A program made the position numbers and the translations under genes. The notes beneath the pieces are model-generated. The model saw nothing but the letters and a program-made list of their open reading frames with translations. It searched no databases and was not told where the DNA came from. DNA of 63,255 bases, counting the filler, from Octopus bimaculoides (Eukaryota), in the NCBI RefSeq assembly GCF_001194135.2. It is 5 parts of 4 records of this genome, joined end to end, with 100 filler letters (N's around TTAATTAATTAA, not from the genome) between each part and the next. Parts side by side here need not be neighbours in the genome. Positions count along the whole stretch, not along the records: positions 33,838 to 53,151 come from NC_068988.1; positions 53,252 to 56,857 come from NC_069004.1; positions 56,958 to 63,255 come from NC_068994.1; 2 more parts are not named here. One strand, written 5' to 3'. Of this stretch, positions 50,026 to 63,255 are shown in pieces (within the stretch, counting starts at the first letter, position 1; each line of letters begins with the position of its first letter).

Positions 50026-51340
50026 CAAGTTGTCCATAAATTCATTTTGAAAAATGTGTTATAAAAGCAAATAAATAAATGAAACTGTGAAAATTATTGT
50101 AAAATGAGGAGTAGATATTGAAGATTTTTATTTCATTTAATACATCTCCATATGGCACCATTAGTTGCATGGGGCACAGTAAGACAGTAATAAATTTCTT
50201 TTCATGTTCGTTGTAGCATAGCCTTATCAATGGTAGCAATGGAATTCAGCGATCCTTTCATTCAGAGCATTGATGTTCTGCATCTTTGTGCGATATACAA
50301 TTTCCTAAACATAACCCCATAGAAAAATGTCCAGGGGAGTAATAACCGGGGGACGAGGCGGCCAAGGAATTGGGGCATCCCTTTCAATCCTCTGGTCTGG
50401 AAATGTTTGATTTAGGAACCCATGAACATGTAGTTCTCAATGTGGTGGTGCACCATCCAGCTGAAAAATGATGGTTGATTGACGGTCATCTAGTTGTGGT
50501 ATCACGTATTCAGTCAAAAAGTCGAGGTAAACATTTGCAGAAATTTATCTCTCTCTGAAGGAAAATGGACCAATGATTCGATTGCATGTCATCCCAAACC
50601 GGACATTCACATTTGGACTATCTCGATGAAGTTCCCTAGTCACATGGAGGTGTTCTGATCCCCAGATTCTCACATTATGTGTTCAGATTCCTTGAAATAT
50701 GTAAGGTTGCCTCATCAGTAAAATAAACTCGGGCGAGGAACGCTGCATCCTCAGAAATTCGTTCCAGCATGTTAAATGCAAACAATTTACGTTTTGGTTT
50801 ATTATTTGGTTCGAGTACCTGAAAGAGTTGCACTTTGTAAATGTACAATCGCAAGTCTTGTTGTAAGACTTTGGGCACTGTTAAACGTGGTAGCTGTAAC
50901 AGACTAGCAGCAGTACGTATGAACTTTGTAAGAGAAGTAGCAAAAGCTTTCTTATACGATTGATGTTTTCCTCGAATAATTTTGGTTGTCCACTCCTCCA
51001 TTTTATCCAACACTGTTCCTGTTTCCATACATTTCTTGTCCCACGCACGTGACGGTAGATGTATTCCATACTTATTCCTGTAGCGAAACCGGGTCTGCAT
51101 GTCCGATCTTGTTTCAATATATCACTATACACACTGTGCCTTTTCTTGAGGAGTAGCCATTTTTTAGGGTTTCATTTTACAGAACCTTTCCCATCAACAG
51201 GGTACCTGTAAAACACAAATGCAACGTGCTTAAAAACTTTCATAACCACTTGATACTTAGAACAAATCTGATAAACGTATCTCATCAATTGCTTTTGTAA
51301 TACGTTTTCGAAATTGTAAAGAGACTTTATGGATGCCCTG
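50026..51340 (-). mobile_element. Tc1/mariner DD41D (rosa-type) transposon, full length but decayed
   Basis: TA-flanked imperfect TIRs (CAGGGCATCCATAAAG ending at 51340; CAAGTTGTCCATAAA at 50026). Transposase YFTDEA..HNVRIWG..QLDGAPPH..WPPRPPVITPLDIFLWGYV, with 41 residues between the second and third Asp by my count. TGA and TAG stops in frame. Confidence 0.9.
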
Positions 51341-51849
51341 TATATATAGAAAGCAATAAAAATCATGACATTGTATCTCCGTTTTAAATCTGAAATTTTC
51401 TTGTGCATGTAACGGATGACCTTTCAGAATCATAATCTAAGGGACGTAAATCATAGTTCATAAAATTCGTAGTTACTTCCCTTCACTCTTAATAAATTGT
51501 TCTCTTTTATGCCTTTGTCAGATTTACGACGTCATTTAAAAACAATATTTTTTGCTGAATTTCTTTTGTCATTTATCCGGTCATTTATCGTAGACTTACG
51601 TCGTTCATATCACCTGATGGCTATTTAACAATAATAATCACAGCTAGTGGGTAATAAAATATCACTAACCATGGCAAGCATGCATACAAGAAATACAAGA
51701 GTAGAATAAATATGTTGTAAGGCAGTAGAGATAATTTATGTGAAAGTATGAAGAAATGCAAACTGATGATGAAGAATTAATTAGAAAGAGGGAAAACGGG
51801 GAAGAAGATGGAGGGGAAAGAAATTTTGGAAAAGGTAACTAAAGTATAT

Positions 51850-51890
<41 letters not shown>

Positions 51891-51900
51891 NNNNNNNNNN

Positions 51901-52037
51901 AAATATGAAACATCATGAAAATTGTTCAAACTGAAGTCCTTCTTGAGCGTACATATTTCCATTCGAGTCAATACAGAATTACAGGTAGTATTTATGAAAT
52001 TTTGATTTATTGTCGGGTGAGTTTTGGCCAACCCTGT
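51901..52037 (-). mobile_element. Terminal fragment of another Tc1/mariner-type element
   Basis: Minus strand TA-CAGGGTTGGCCAAAACTCACCCGAC is a TIR-like start, cut off by the gap at 51891-51900. Confidence 0.5.
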
Positions 52038-52169
52038 ATATCCATATAAGTATGTACATACATACATACATACATACATACATACATACATACATAATAC
52101 ATACATACATACATACATACATACATACATGCAGACATACATACATACATACATACATACATACATACA

Positions 52170-52201
<32 letters not shown>

Positions 52202-52814
52202 AATTAATACATACTATAAATTTATACATACTATAAATTAACAATAATCTATAGCAAATATATATAAGACAAGAAATATAAAAAAATATTACCGATTTAT
52301 TGCATTTTTTTATTGATATGTCAATGAAAAATGAGTAATACCCATAAGCTTATGAAGTTCTACCGCTACCACAATTTATGAGAGGCAGTTATCACCCATC
52401 AGACCAGAGAGCTGTCCTGAATGTTTGCAACAGAATGGACCCTGTTAAAAATGCCTTGGGTCCCACCTCAAAATTATAGCAATTTAGTTTAAGTTCAGAG
52501 CGTTAGAAGAAAAAAACTAAATGGCAAAATGATTACTTAATTTTTTATTCATTCTGTTATTTCATTTTCTCTCTATAAACAATTATTCTTATTGAATTTG
52601 GGGTGTCCTGTTGATAAAATATAGAATTACTGACACATTTTGTATAGAATTGTAATTTTTTTTTTTTAATGACTTAAAGCTTAATATTTATCTTTTATCT
52701 TTTAATTGTTTCACTTTTTGAACTGTGGTCATGCAGAAGAAGAGCCTGGAAAAGCTGTAATTGAACAAATTAAACCCAGTACTTATAACGCCGATTATTG
52801 AGTGGTATGGGGGC

Positions 52815-52900
<86 letters not shown>

Positions 52901-52914
52901 TGCCTTTTGAAGTT

Positions 52915-53150
52915 ACTCTACAGGTCTTGAAAAATATTCCACCCCACTGCCACCCGCTTATTAATTTTTCAGATTTTATTCCATATCCCCGCTTTTATTC
53001 CAACCCCCACCCCGTTTAATAATTTTTCAGATTTTTTGTGCACCCCACCGCTTATTAATTTTTTAAGATCCCCACTCCCGTTTTTATTCCCCCACCCCCA
53101 CCCCACCCATTAAATTTTGCTAATCTATCTCCGGTGAAATTTTATTAAAA
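52915..53150. repeat. C-rich subterminal-type repeats, probably a DNA transposon end
   Basis: Recurrent cccgcttattaattttt and cccg(c/t)ttttattcc units, truncated by the assembly spacer. Confidence 0.4.
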
Positions 53151-54027
53151 GNNNNNNNNNNNNNNNNNNNNNNNNNNNNNNNNNNNNNNNNNNNNTTAAT
53201 TAATTAANNNNNNNNNNNNNNNNNNNNNNNNNNNNNNNNNNNNNNNNNNNNCAAACAGAAAAGGCTTTACGGCCAGACGAGAAAAATTATGTGTGTGTGA
53301 ACGCGATGAAGCACGAACTTGAAAGGGACAAGGTGGTTCGTGTGTTTGCTCGGCGATAGCCAAGGAAGGAAAGGGTTATTGACCGGAAGCATGTGACCAT
53401 GCCGGTGTAAAGGGAAGAGAGAGAGTGGTAGAGGGAGAAACAAAGGGAGGAAGTAGAAGAATAGGTGAGCAACGAGAGGAAAAAAGAAAGAGAGGAAATA
53501 CGAGGGGGAAAAAAGAGATACGTAGTAGTAACAGAGGAAGAACGAGAGGGATAAAGCGAGATACGTAGTAGTAAAGAGGAAGAACGAGAAGGGGAAAAAA
53601 AGATAGAGAAGGAGAAAGAGATAGAGTAGCGTCGGAAGAATATAAGTTTACGAAAACTACTTACAGTTGGAAGACGCTGCGTTCAATCATGTAAAAACAA
53701 ATAGTAAATGAGTATATGCATATATACGTACAGGTATGTGCATACCGACATCCACCTGTATGTATAGGTGCATATCTGGGTACAGGACATTGCGAACAAA
53801 CGTAGACGAGAAAACACACGAGCCACATGCACACGTACAGACACACACAAACATATAGATATATGTATGTATATTTGTGTGTGCATATATGCATAAATGT
53901 ATGTATGTACGTGTGTATCTATGTCTGTCTGTTTTTTATCTGCCTTTCCCCTCTCCCCCTCAATCTCTCTTTACGCACACACATACACGTGCAGATACAC
54001 ACACACACATGCTCGCACACACATGCT

Positions 54028-54075
<48 letters not shown>

Positions 54076-54228
54076 ATATCAGACACCAGATTACCATAAG
54101 TCGACATAAAACAAATGGAATGAAAGAAGCCGAAAGACATTTAATGTACATAGGTGGACCAAAAATTCTGCGATATGTGTGTGTGTGCGTGCGCGTGTCT
54201 GTGTCTGTGTGAATACATACGAGTACAA

Positions 54229-54287
<59 letters not shown>

Positions 54288-54515
54288 TATATATATATAT
54301 ACATACATACATACATATATATATATACATACACACACACACATATGCACATTCAGACATACATATAATTATCCTCTTATGAAACTTACGTTATATATCT
54401 GTGTTGTATGTGTGTTTTTATATGCATATATATATATATATGCATAAAAATATACTTATATGAAGCTTACGTACATACACATATATATTCTGAGATATAT
54501 ATATATGTGTGTGTG

Positions 54516-54573
<58 letters not shown>

Positions 54574-54580
54574 AATATAT

Positions 54581-54612
<32 letters not shown>

Positions 54613-55024
54613 ACACACACGTATGCATCTTTTGCTAAAAACGTTTTATTTTTTTCATTTTTCCTTATATTTTCTTCCAGGGGTGAGAGTAGGCAAACAT
54701 ATAGAAGTTCAACTGTGAAAGCTGTTGTAATGTTATTATGAACGTAATTAAAATTTTTGGCCTGGCACGGCTCCGCCGTTGAACATAAGTTTATTTGGCC
54801 CCGGGCCACATTATTAACAAGGGACTCGGCTGCCAACTTATTTTACATCGTTTTATTTTCTTAGCAGAATTCGACCAGACAAAAGTAACGACTAATGTCG
54901 CAGGGAGGTTAGTGCTGAGTAATCTCCCCTTGATAGAGCTCTCCAGCTTTCCTCTGATTTTTTTTCTTGAACGGTGGCACAGTTTCTTCCTTTTTTTTCT
55001 TTCTTTTCTTTTTTCACGACTGCA

Positions 55025-55230
55025 ATACCGTGGTTTCGTTTCCCGGGTGGGGCAGTGCGTTGTGTTCTTGAACCACCTTTCATTTCACATTGACCCAATC
55101 CACTCAGCTGTAAATAACTAACCTCGTGACGGACAGGCATCCCGTTCAAGAAAGGAATATTGTGATCTCGGTCCTTTATACTCTATGGAACCCAGGTAAT
55201 CATCTCTATGAGTGCTTGAACTCGAGACAG
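55025..55230 (+). mobile_element. SINE-C, degenerate
   Basis: gtggtttcgtttcccggg..gcgttgtgttcttgaac..gtgacggacaggcatcccgttc. Confidence 0.65.
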
Positions 55231-55550
55231 TAATGTTTACGGCTTGTTGACGTTGTTATTTATAACGATGTTGATGGCGATGAACTAGCTCAGACGTCTA
55301 AAAGTTTTACAAATAAACTGAAAAGCAACGAACTGGAATAATAAACGTTTTAACTAGTTATTGTCTACGTTGAAAAGATTTGACATAAGCAAACATATTT
55401 TAGTAAAGTCAATATTTCATATTGAAGACAAGCAGACGATAGAGAAAATATGAAGAGAGGATTCGTGAGTTAATCTGGATAGTTGGACATCCTTCTTGTT
55501 AAATATAACTAATCTGCTGGCGTTGGGGTGTTGGGTGGAAAAGAGAAGAG

Positions 55551-55593
<43 letters not shown>

Positions 55594-56099
55594 TAGGATG
55601 TTCGCTATTAACAAGGTATACACACACACATATATATAGAGGGAGAGGGAGATAGAGGGTAATAGAGAGACAGAGATAAAGAGACAGAGGCGGGGAGAAA
55701 AGTTAGTGAATGCACAAATGATAAATATAAACNNNNNNNNNNNNNNNNNNNNNNNNNNNNNNNNNNNNNNNNNNNNNNNNNNNNNNNNNNNNNNNNNNNN
55801 NNNNNNNNNNNNNNNNNNNNNNNNNNNNNNNNNNNNNNNNNNNNNNNNNNNNNNNNNNNNNNNNNNNNNNNNNNNNNNNNNNNNNNNNNNNNNNNNNNNN
55901 NNNNNNNNNNNNNNNNNNNNNNNNNNNNNNNNNNNNNNNNNNNNNNNNNNNNNNNNNNNNNNNNNNNNNNNNNNNNNNNNNNNNNNNNNNNNNNNNNNNN
56001 NNNNNNNNNNNNNNNNNNNNNNNNNNNNNNNNNNNNNNNNNNNNNNNNNNNNNNNNNNNNNNNNNNNNNNNNNNATATATATATATATATATATATATA

Positions 56100-56290
56100 T
56101 AGGTTCAAAAAAAGGAAAAAGACAAAATCAACAAAAAACAACAACGTGAGGACGTGATACAGATTGTGTTACTAGACGTTCGGGAAAGGAAAGAGAGAGA
56201 GTATGACGTTTCGAGCGGAGCTCTTCATCGGAAACAAGGAAAGTCCAAAGAAGGGAAAAACGGAGGAAGAAAAAATCGCCACCGATGCCC
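56100..56290 (-). mobile_element. PLE pseudo-LTR remnant with hammerhead variant (56202-56235)
   Basis: Minus strand gttt-CCGATGA-a-GAGC-tcc-GCTC-GAAACGTC-atac. Perfect stem II, ACGT palindrome, GUC triplet, C at position 4. Confidence 0.6.
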
Positions 56291-56957
56291 ACGAGGTTAT
56301 ATATATGTATGTTTAGTCATCAGAATTTTATGAACTTTGAAGGATCGCGAAATAATTTTTTCTGAGAATAATGGATGTGGATCTCGAAGTAAATAAGCTA
56401 TGAATAAAAGCGTGTAAATCCGGTATTAAAAAACCCTATTTCCGCCCAGTATCTTTTCTACCAAGTTTCTACTTATAAGGCATTAGTGAACCCAAGGCTA
56501 ACATACAACACAGCAAATGGGATCGAACGCAAATCTACACTTTACGAAACATACTTATTGACCGCGTAATTATTACCTGCCATTTCTATATCCCCACTTC
56601 TTTGTCTTAGACGCGTACAAATTCGAGTCTTCGATCAGTTCTTACATAATTCTCTAGCTATTTCATTGTACATATTGCCAAGTAGCATTTAACAGAATTT
56701 TTTGAATCTTTTCCATGTTTACGAAACGAAACTTACTCAAAAGTAATTTTTTAAAACAATTCCAGTACACATACATACATATATACATATATATATACAT
56801 ACACACATGTATATGTATATATGTATACATATGTATATATATATATATATATATATANNNNNNNNNNNNNNNNNNNNNNNNNNNNNNNNNNNNNNNNNNN
56901 NTTAATTAATTAANNNNNNNNNNNNNNNNNNNNNNNNNNNNNNNNNNNNNNNNNNNN

Positions 56958-57278
56958 AATGTGGAATCTAAAAACAGAAACAATTCCTATCATAGTAGGT
57001 GCCTTAGGTATAATAAAAAAATATTCAGACAAATACATAACAAAAACACCAGGACTTACAAATATATATAACATACAGAAAATTGCACTACTGGGTACTG
57101 CACACATTCTACGCACAACACTTTCAATACAGTAAACATAAGAGCACCACAGCAAACCACAGCACATACCCAAGGCGCACAGAGCTGCGCTCGATAGTGA
57201 AGTGAAAGCACGTTATAAAAATAAAACTACTGAACAATAATAATAATAATAATAACAATAATAATAATAATAATAATA
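56958..57278 (+). mobile_element. R4/Dong-like LINE 3' end with (AAT)n tail
   Basis: MWNLKTETIPIIVGALGIIKK..IQKIALLGTAHILRTTL*, short 3' UTR, then (AAT)n. Confidence 0.85.
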
Positions 57279-57784
57279 AGAGAGTAGAGTAGCCCCCCCC
57301 CAAAAAAAAAAAAATTGCTCTGCTGGGGACAGCTAGGGTTTTGTGATTGGTACTTGAGTATTGAATGTCTTCCACGATAATTAACGTCCAGTTATCAAAG
57401 CTATAATGTGCGGAAAGAGATCCTGTAAGACCACTGACAAAAGGCTGCTGTCCGCTCTCACAGAATCAACCAGAGCAAACAAGACCGAGCGATCTAAGAA
57501 ATAAAACAATAATAATAAATAAATAAACAAACGCTACAAGTATACTAATTTATACGTTTACTTTTCATGATATTTATTGTAGTTTCTCTAATTATAAACA
57601 TAGAGGATGTTCAGTGTTGGACTGTACTAGACAGTAATCGGGCGGTCTACATGCCACTGGTTGAGTAGTTACAAAATTATTTATAATTTTCATGTCATGT
57701 GATAGAAGGTAATAATACTGTTAGCTTGTCAAATAAAACGTTATCAAATAAATCTCTCAGTTGATAGATAGATTCGGGGGAAAC

Positions 57785-57884
57785 CATTTGGTGTAAACAG
57801 TAATACGATCACCGAACAAATTATAGAAGCGTGGTTTGTGCGGTGTGCTGATATCCGTATTGTCTTTCGCCTTTGGCTCGCACC
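57785..57884 (+). repeat. 100-bp direct repeat, copy 1 (copy 2 at 58534-58633)
   Basis: Gap-free alignment, 14 mismatches in 100 by my count. Confidence 0.9.
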
Positions 57885-59939
57885 TATAATTATCATATAT
57901 ACGTGTGTGCGTGTGTATATGTGTGCGTGTGTGTGCGTGCATGTGTGTGGTGTATAACAATAATTTCAATTGGAAAGTGAAGTCAAATCAACGTTACGTA
58001 CGTTTCGGTGAACAAACGTCATTTATTTCACATTACATATGCATCTTTGATTTAACCTCTTTTCCTCAATTAATATTATTGTTATTCACTTTGTGAAGAT
58101 TAAAACATGCCTGTTTGATATAGATGCCTTGGATTGGCAAAGAGCTCCTTTAATAATTTGCCAAGTATAACTAGTCATCCTTTGGTTAATTAAAACGTGT
58201 AACCTTTACAACACTATTCGGATACTATTTTAGTCAGGCTCCTTCATGATGTGCTATTAAAGTAATTGCCAAGATTTTACTTATGCCCTCGATTATTGTG
58301 TGTGTATGTGTGTTCATTGATTCAAATCTTAGAAATGACTAAACAGTGCTAGATCTCCTCTCTTGTGACATTTGGTTATTGTAATTACGCTCCTTTAATA
58401 TCTAAAAGTCAAATCCCGCCGAACTCTTCTTTTGGCTTTCATAACTTCTGAGTTTAACAATGGTTGATCAAAATACAATACCAGTCTTTCTGGCGTCAGA
58501 TTAATCTTCTATCCACTTTCTCAAAGTGGAACTCATTTGGTGTAAACAGCAATACGATCACCGGATTAGTGATAGAAGCGTGGTTTGAGCGGTACGCTTA
58601 TATCCGTATTGTCTTTCTCCTTTGGTTCGTGCCCGTGTTAAAAATCAACATGATAATAAATTGTACTTGGTCTTATGTTGTGAAATGAGTATACACTTCT
58701 TCTTCCCCACATCATCAAATATCTCGCTTAAGTCTTAAGATGGCTTAACACTTCAACGCTAATCTTAGTAATCTCATCGTTCACAAAAAGAAAGTAGAAG
58801 AAAAATAATAAATGACATTAATTATACATTAGTACTGGAGAAAATGCTTTGCCAATAATTCAAGTGCCAATCTATGGAATAATCTATGGCCTTTAGAGGT
58901 TCGTTTATGTTCAAGTAGCTGACTAGATGTAATACAACACTTACCGTCACTTAAGTATCAATTAAAGGCCACCATCTTACTTTTAGGGCATATATAAGCA
59001 GGTAACTGCCAGCGTGATGTTTTATACTAAGCCTGTATGAGTGCTAAACAGTTGTGAATTAACCCAAGTTACTTTCTCTTATCTACAATTAGTTCTTGTG
59101 TGAAAAAAAAGTTTAATGCCAAAATATGAGACATGCGAAGTTAAAAGAGCTAATAGAGTCATCCTCCTCCTCCTCCTCCTCCTCTTCTTTCTCCCTCCAC
59201 CTCTACATCCTCTTCCTCCTCCTCTTCCTCTTCATCTTTCTCCTCCGCTTCCTCTTCATCTTTCTCCTCCTCTTCCTCCTCATCGTCATCGTCTACCTGA
59301 GAATTTTAACTCCTTTCACTTGGCATGCTTCATATTTTGGCATTGAAATAGAATTGTTATCTTTTTTTTTATTTAACACACAAAATTCAACTGCAGTTAA
59401 AATGAGACCAGTTGGCTAAACGCCGCATGTTATTAGAAGACAACAAAGTCGAAGTAAAAGAGCCAACCTTCAAGCAAACTGTAGTTAAAATGATAAAGAG
59501 ATAAAGTTGACCTACTCCACATATGGGGTGGGGGAGGATGGAATCTGATAGAAAACTATAAAATGACAACAATGCGACTAGAAAAATATTTGGAAACAGG
59601 CAAATGAGAACTGGCAAGTATAATAATAAAACTTAAAACCTTCTACATATACATGACTACACACGCGCACGCACACACACACGCGCGCATATAATATATA
59701 TATACACAGTGAACGAGAGTGTAACAATAAAGTACTAGAAACTACGTCGACGAAGAATTTTTAGATATGTAGAAACAGGCGAAAAGGTTAAAACAACAAT
59801 CTAAGACAAAATCAAAGCAGAATTCCAAAATATTTTTATAGCAAAAATGAAAAGAAAAGCCATTCACTCGCGTGACGGAACAAATACAATGACACACACA
59901 CACAAACATACAGACACACGCACCCACGTATGTGTGTGT

Positions 59940-60105
59940 GTGTGTATATACGACGGGCCTCCACACAGTTCTCGTCTACCAAGTTCATTCATAAAGCTTT
60001 GGTCATCTTGGGGCTATAGTAGAAGACACTTGCCCAAGGTGCTGTGCATTGGGACTGAACTTGAAGCCATATGGTTGCAAAGTGAGCTTCTTGACCACAC
60101 AGCTA
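59940..60105 (-). mobile_element. SINE-B, head half
   Basis: ggctatagtagaagacacttgcccaaggtgctgtgcattgggactgaac. Confidence 0.85.
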
Positions 60106-60324
60106 TGAAAACAAATGCTTACATTATATGTCGACTTTGTTGCCCACACGTGATTATCTTTAACGGTTGCCCCAGTCCTTGTCAGGCGCGTTTATAGTCA
60201 CAAAGACCATAGAGTTGTTAGTTTTATTCACTGAGAATTATACCGACACTTTTACATAAAAACGGATCAGTGGTTTAAGCATATTCCAAACAGGTATGAC
60301 TACATTACCATTATAGCCATTAAA

Positions 60325-60820
<496 letters not shown>

Positions 60821-60829
60821 AATGTCGTA

Positions 60830-60877
60830 TATGTGGTATTGCGGTGGTGTTGGTTGTTGTGTTGTTGTTGTTGTTGT

Positions 60878-60964
<87 letters not shown>

Positions 60965-61656
60965 TAGTAGTAGTAGTAGGACAGCAGCAGCAGCAGCAGC
61001 ACCAGCAGTAGTAGTAGTAGTAGTAGTAGTTGTTGTTGTTGTTTTTGTTACTTTGTAGTAGTGATAGAGGTAGTGGTAGTGGTATTAGCAGTGACGCTAG
61101 TAGCGGTAGTGATGGCAGTGGCTAAAAGGACACTGATGGACACCGGCAACGATGACGATTATAAAGAAGAGTGAAGCAGAAAGACTGATGTCTTTGATAT
61201 TAGCATAAAACATTGATGCATAAAGATATAAATGGACAATACCATGTCTGTCGACACCACAACACTAGTATCACATCATCACCACCAGCATTATCATCAG
61301 AGCTGACACCACCACCACCACCACACCATCACGGAAGTCAGCACCGCCACCATCCCATCACTAGAACAACCCCTGCCACTACCACCAACACTATCATAAG
61401 CACTGTCGTCAGAACCAACACCGCCACCACTCCACCACTCCCTCACCGGAGCCATGACCAACATTGCCACCTACCCACCNNNNNNNNNNNNNNNNNNNNN
61501 NNNNNNNNNNNNNNNNNNNNNNNNNNNNNNNNNNNNNNNNNNNNNNNNNNNNNNNNNNNNNNNNNNNNNNNNNNNNNNNNNNNNNNNNNNNNNNNNNNNN
61601 NNNNNNNNNNNNNNNNNNNNNNNNNNNNNNNNNNNNNNNNNNNNNNNNNNNNNNNN

Positions 61657-61725
<69 letters not shown>

Positions 61726-62018
61726 AGCTGCTGTTGCTACTATCATCACTACTGCCGTCACTAATCAAACCACCACCACCACCATTACTACTATAACCAC
61801 TCACCGCCACCTCCACTACTATTACCGTCATCATTACCACCACCAACCCTACTACTACTACTACTACTACTATTTGCTGATATAAACAACCACTACAACT
61901 CACACTACCTCCCATGCCACAATCACTTCCACTACTGCCACCACTGCTACTATCATATTGCCACCACAAACACCTTTACCAACACCGACACCACCATCAG
62001 CACATCATGATCTTTATC

Positions 62019-62049
<31 letters not shown>

Positions 62050-62230
62050 GCACTATGACCACCAGTACCAACACCGCCATCGCAGCCAGCAACACAACTA
62101 ACATTCCACGACGATCACGACGACATACGTTAAAGGTTCTTAAAATAGTGTTAGAGTTACTCTTCTCCTCGATGACTCATCGACAACAACAACGTCAACA
62201 ATGTCAACAACAACAACACCAAGAACAGTA
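60830..62230. repeat. Compound trinucleotide low-complexity region: (GTT), (TAG), (CAG), (CAC), (TAC), (AAC)
   Basis: Direct reading; one gap at 61480-61656. Confidence 0.9.
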
Positions 62231-62336
62231 ACCACAAATAAACGGTGACAGCTGCAGTAAATCCAGTCATAAATGCAACAGAAGCAGTAACAGACAGGGC
62301 AGCAACAGGAAGGCAGTGGTACATAAGGCAGAATAG

Positions 62337-62800
62337 AACAACAGCAGCAATAACCAGGGCAACAGCAGCAATAACCAGGGCAACAGCAGCAATAACCAGG
62401 GTAACAGCAGCAATAACCAGGGCAACAGCAGCAATAACCAGGGCAACAACAGCAATAACCAGGGCAACAGCAGAAATAACCAGGGCAACAACAGAAATAA
62501 CCAGGGCAACAGCAGCAATAACCAGGGCAACAGCAGAAATAACCAGGGCAACAGCAGCAATAACCAGGGCAACAGCAGCAATAACCAGGGCAACAGCAGC
62601 AACNNNNNNNNNNNNNNNNNNNNNNNNNNNNNNNNNNNNNNNNNNNNNNNNNNNNNNNNNNNNNNNNNNNNNNNNNNNNNNNNNNNNNNNNNNNNAAATA
62701 ACCAGGGCAACAGCAGCAATAACCAGGGCAACAGCAGAAATAACCAGGGCAACAGCAGCAATAACCAGGGCAACAGCAGCAATAACCAGGGCAACAGCAG
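62337..62800. repeat. 21-bp minisatellite (AATAACCAGGGCAACAGCAGC)n
   Basis: Near-perfect tandem units with a few single-base variants, interrupted by a gap at 62604-62695. Confidence 0.95.
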
Positions 62801-62932
62801 CAACAATATACACGATAACAGCAGAAGTAAACACGACAAAAGCAATAAACACAATAATAAACACATTAATAGCAATACACACAAAAACAGCAGCAATAAG
62901 CACAACAATAGCAGTAATAAAAAAAACTCAAG

Positions 62933-63095
62933 AGGCGCAGGCGTGGCTGTGTGGTAAGAAGATTGCTTCTCAACCACATGGTTCCGGTTTCAGTCCCACT
63001 ACGTGGCACCTTCGGCAAGTGTCTTCTACTATAGCCTCGGGCTGACCAGAACGTTGTGAGTGGATTTGGTAGACGGAAACTTAAAGAATCCCGTC
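62933..63095 (+). mobile_element. SINE-B, head half
   Basis: aggcgcaggcgtggctgtgtggtaag..ccggtttcagtcccactacgtggcaccttcggcaagt. Confidence 0.9.
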
Positions 63096-63255
63096 GTGTT
63101 CTCTATGTGGCTTGTGTGTGTTTTGTACCTTGTTTACCATTTTGTCCATGTTGTTTTGCAACGTCATGTACCCAGATATGCATCTATATATACATCTAGA
63201 TGAAGGTATGTACATACATGTACATATATATGCATATACTCATATATATATATAT

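Noticed and set aside
50200-51110. In-frame TGA in the DD41D transposase (and in the PLE ORF) as possible selenocysteine recoding
   Set aside because: TAG stops and frameshifts occur in the same ORFs, indicating ordinary decay.
62337-62800. Regular short repeats as a possible CRISPR array
   Set aside because: Units are directly adjacent with no unique spacers, and the context is eukaryotic with no cas genes.

Overview
AT-rich, microsatellite-dense eukaryotic draft scaffold with many N gaps. The repeat content suggests a coleoid cephalopod, probably Octopus; this is an inference from remembered SINE sequences, not a database hit. I found no intact, recognisable host protein-coding gene, rRNA, functional tRNA or CRISPR array. 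Almost all long ORFs in the supplied track are artefacts of microsatellites or N runs. The window is a transposable-element graveyard. It holds about 30 copies of three tRNA-derived SINE families (my working labels SINE-A, -B, -C) and several R4/Dong-like RLE non-LTR retrotransposon fragments. It also holds a Tx1/L1-like 3' end, three Penelope-like element (PLE) remnants, a split DD34D mariner, a decayed full-length DD41D Tc1/mariner, a Helitron helicase pseudogene, a Helentron-type non-autonomous element and a hAT MITE. The most interesting signals are non-coding. (1) At least six hammerhead-ribozyme-like motifs occur; the one at 19683-19755 looks structurally intact, and one at 41783-41822 sits just downstream of a tRNA-like Pol III promoter inside a PLE 3' end. 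(2) An RLE LINE family is tied to (CATA)n tracts. (3) A split mariner can be reconstructed as a local inversion. (4) Three head-to-head SINE pairs are possible ADAR substrates. (5) A chain of small plus-strand exon candidates may mean the window lies inside a long-intron transcript. These fit known element classes; I cannot demonstrate a wholly new system from sequence alone.
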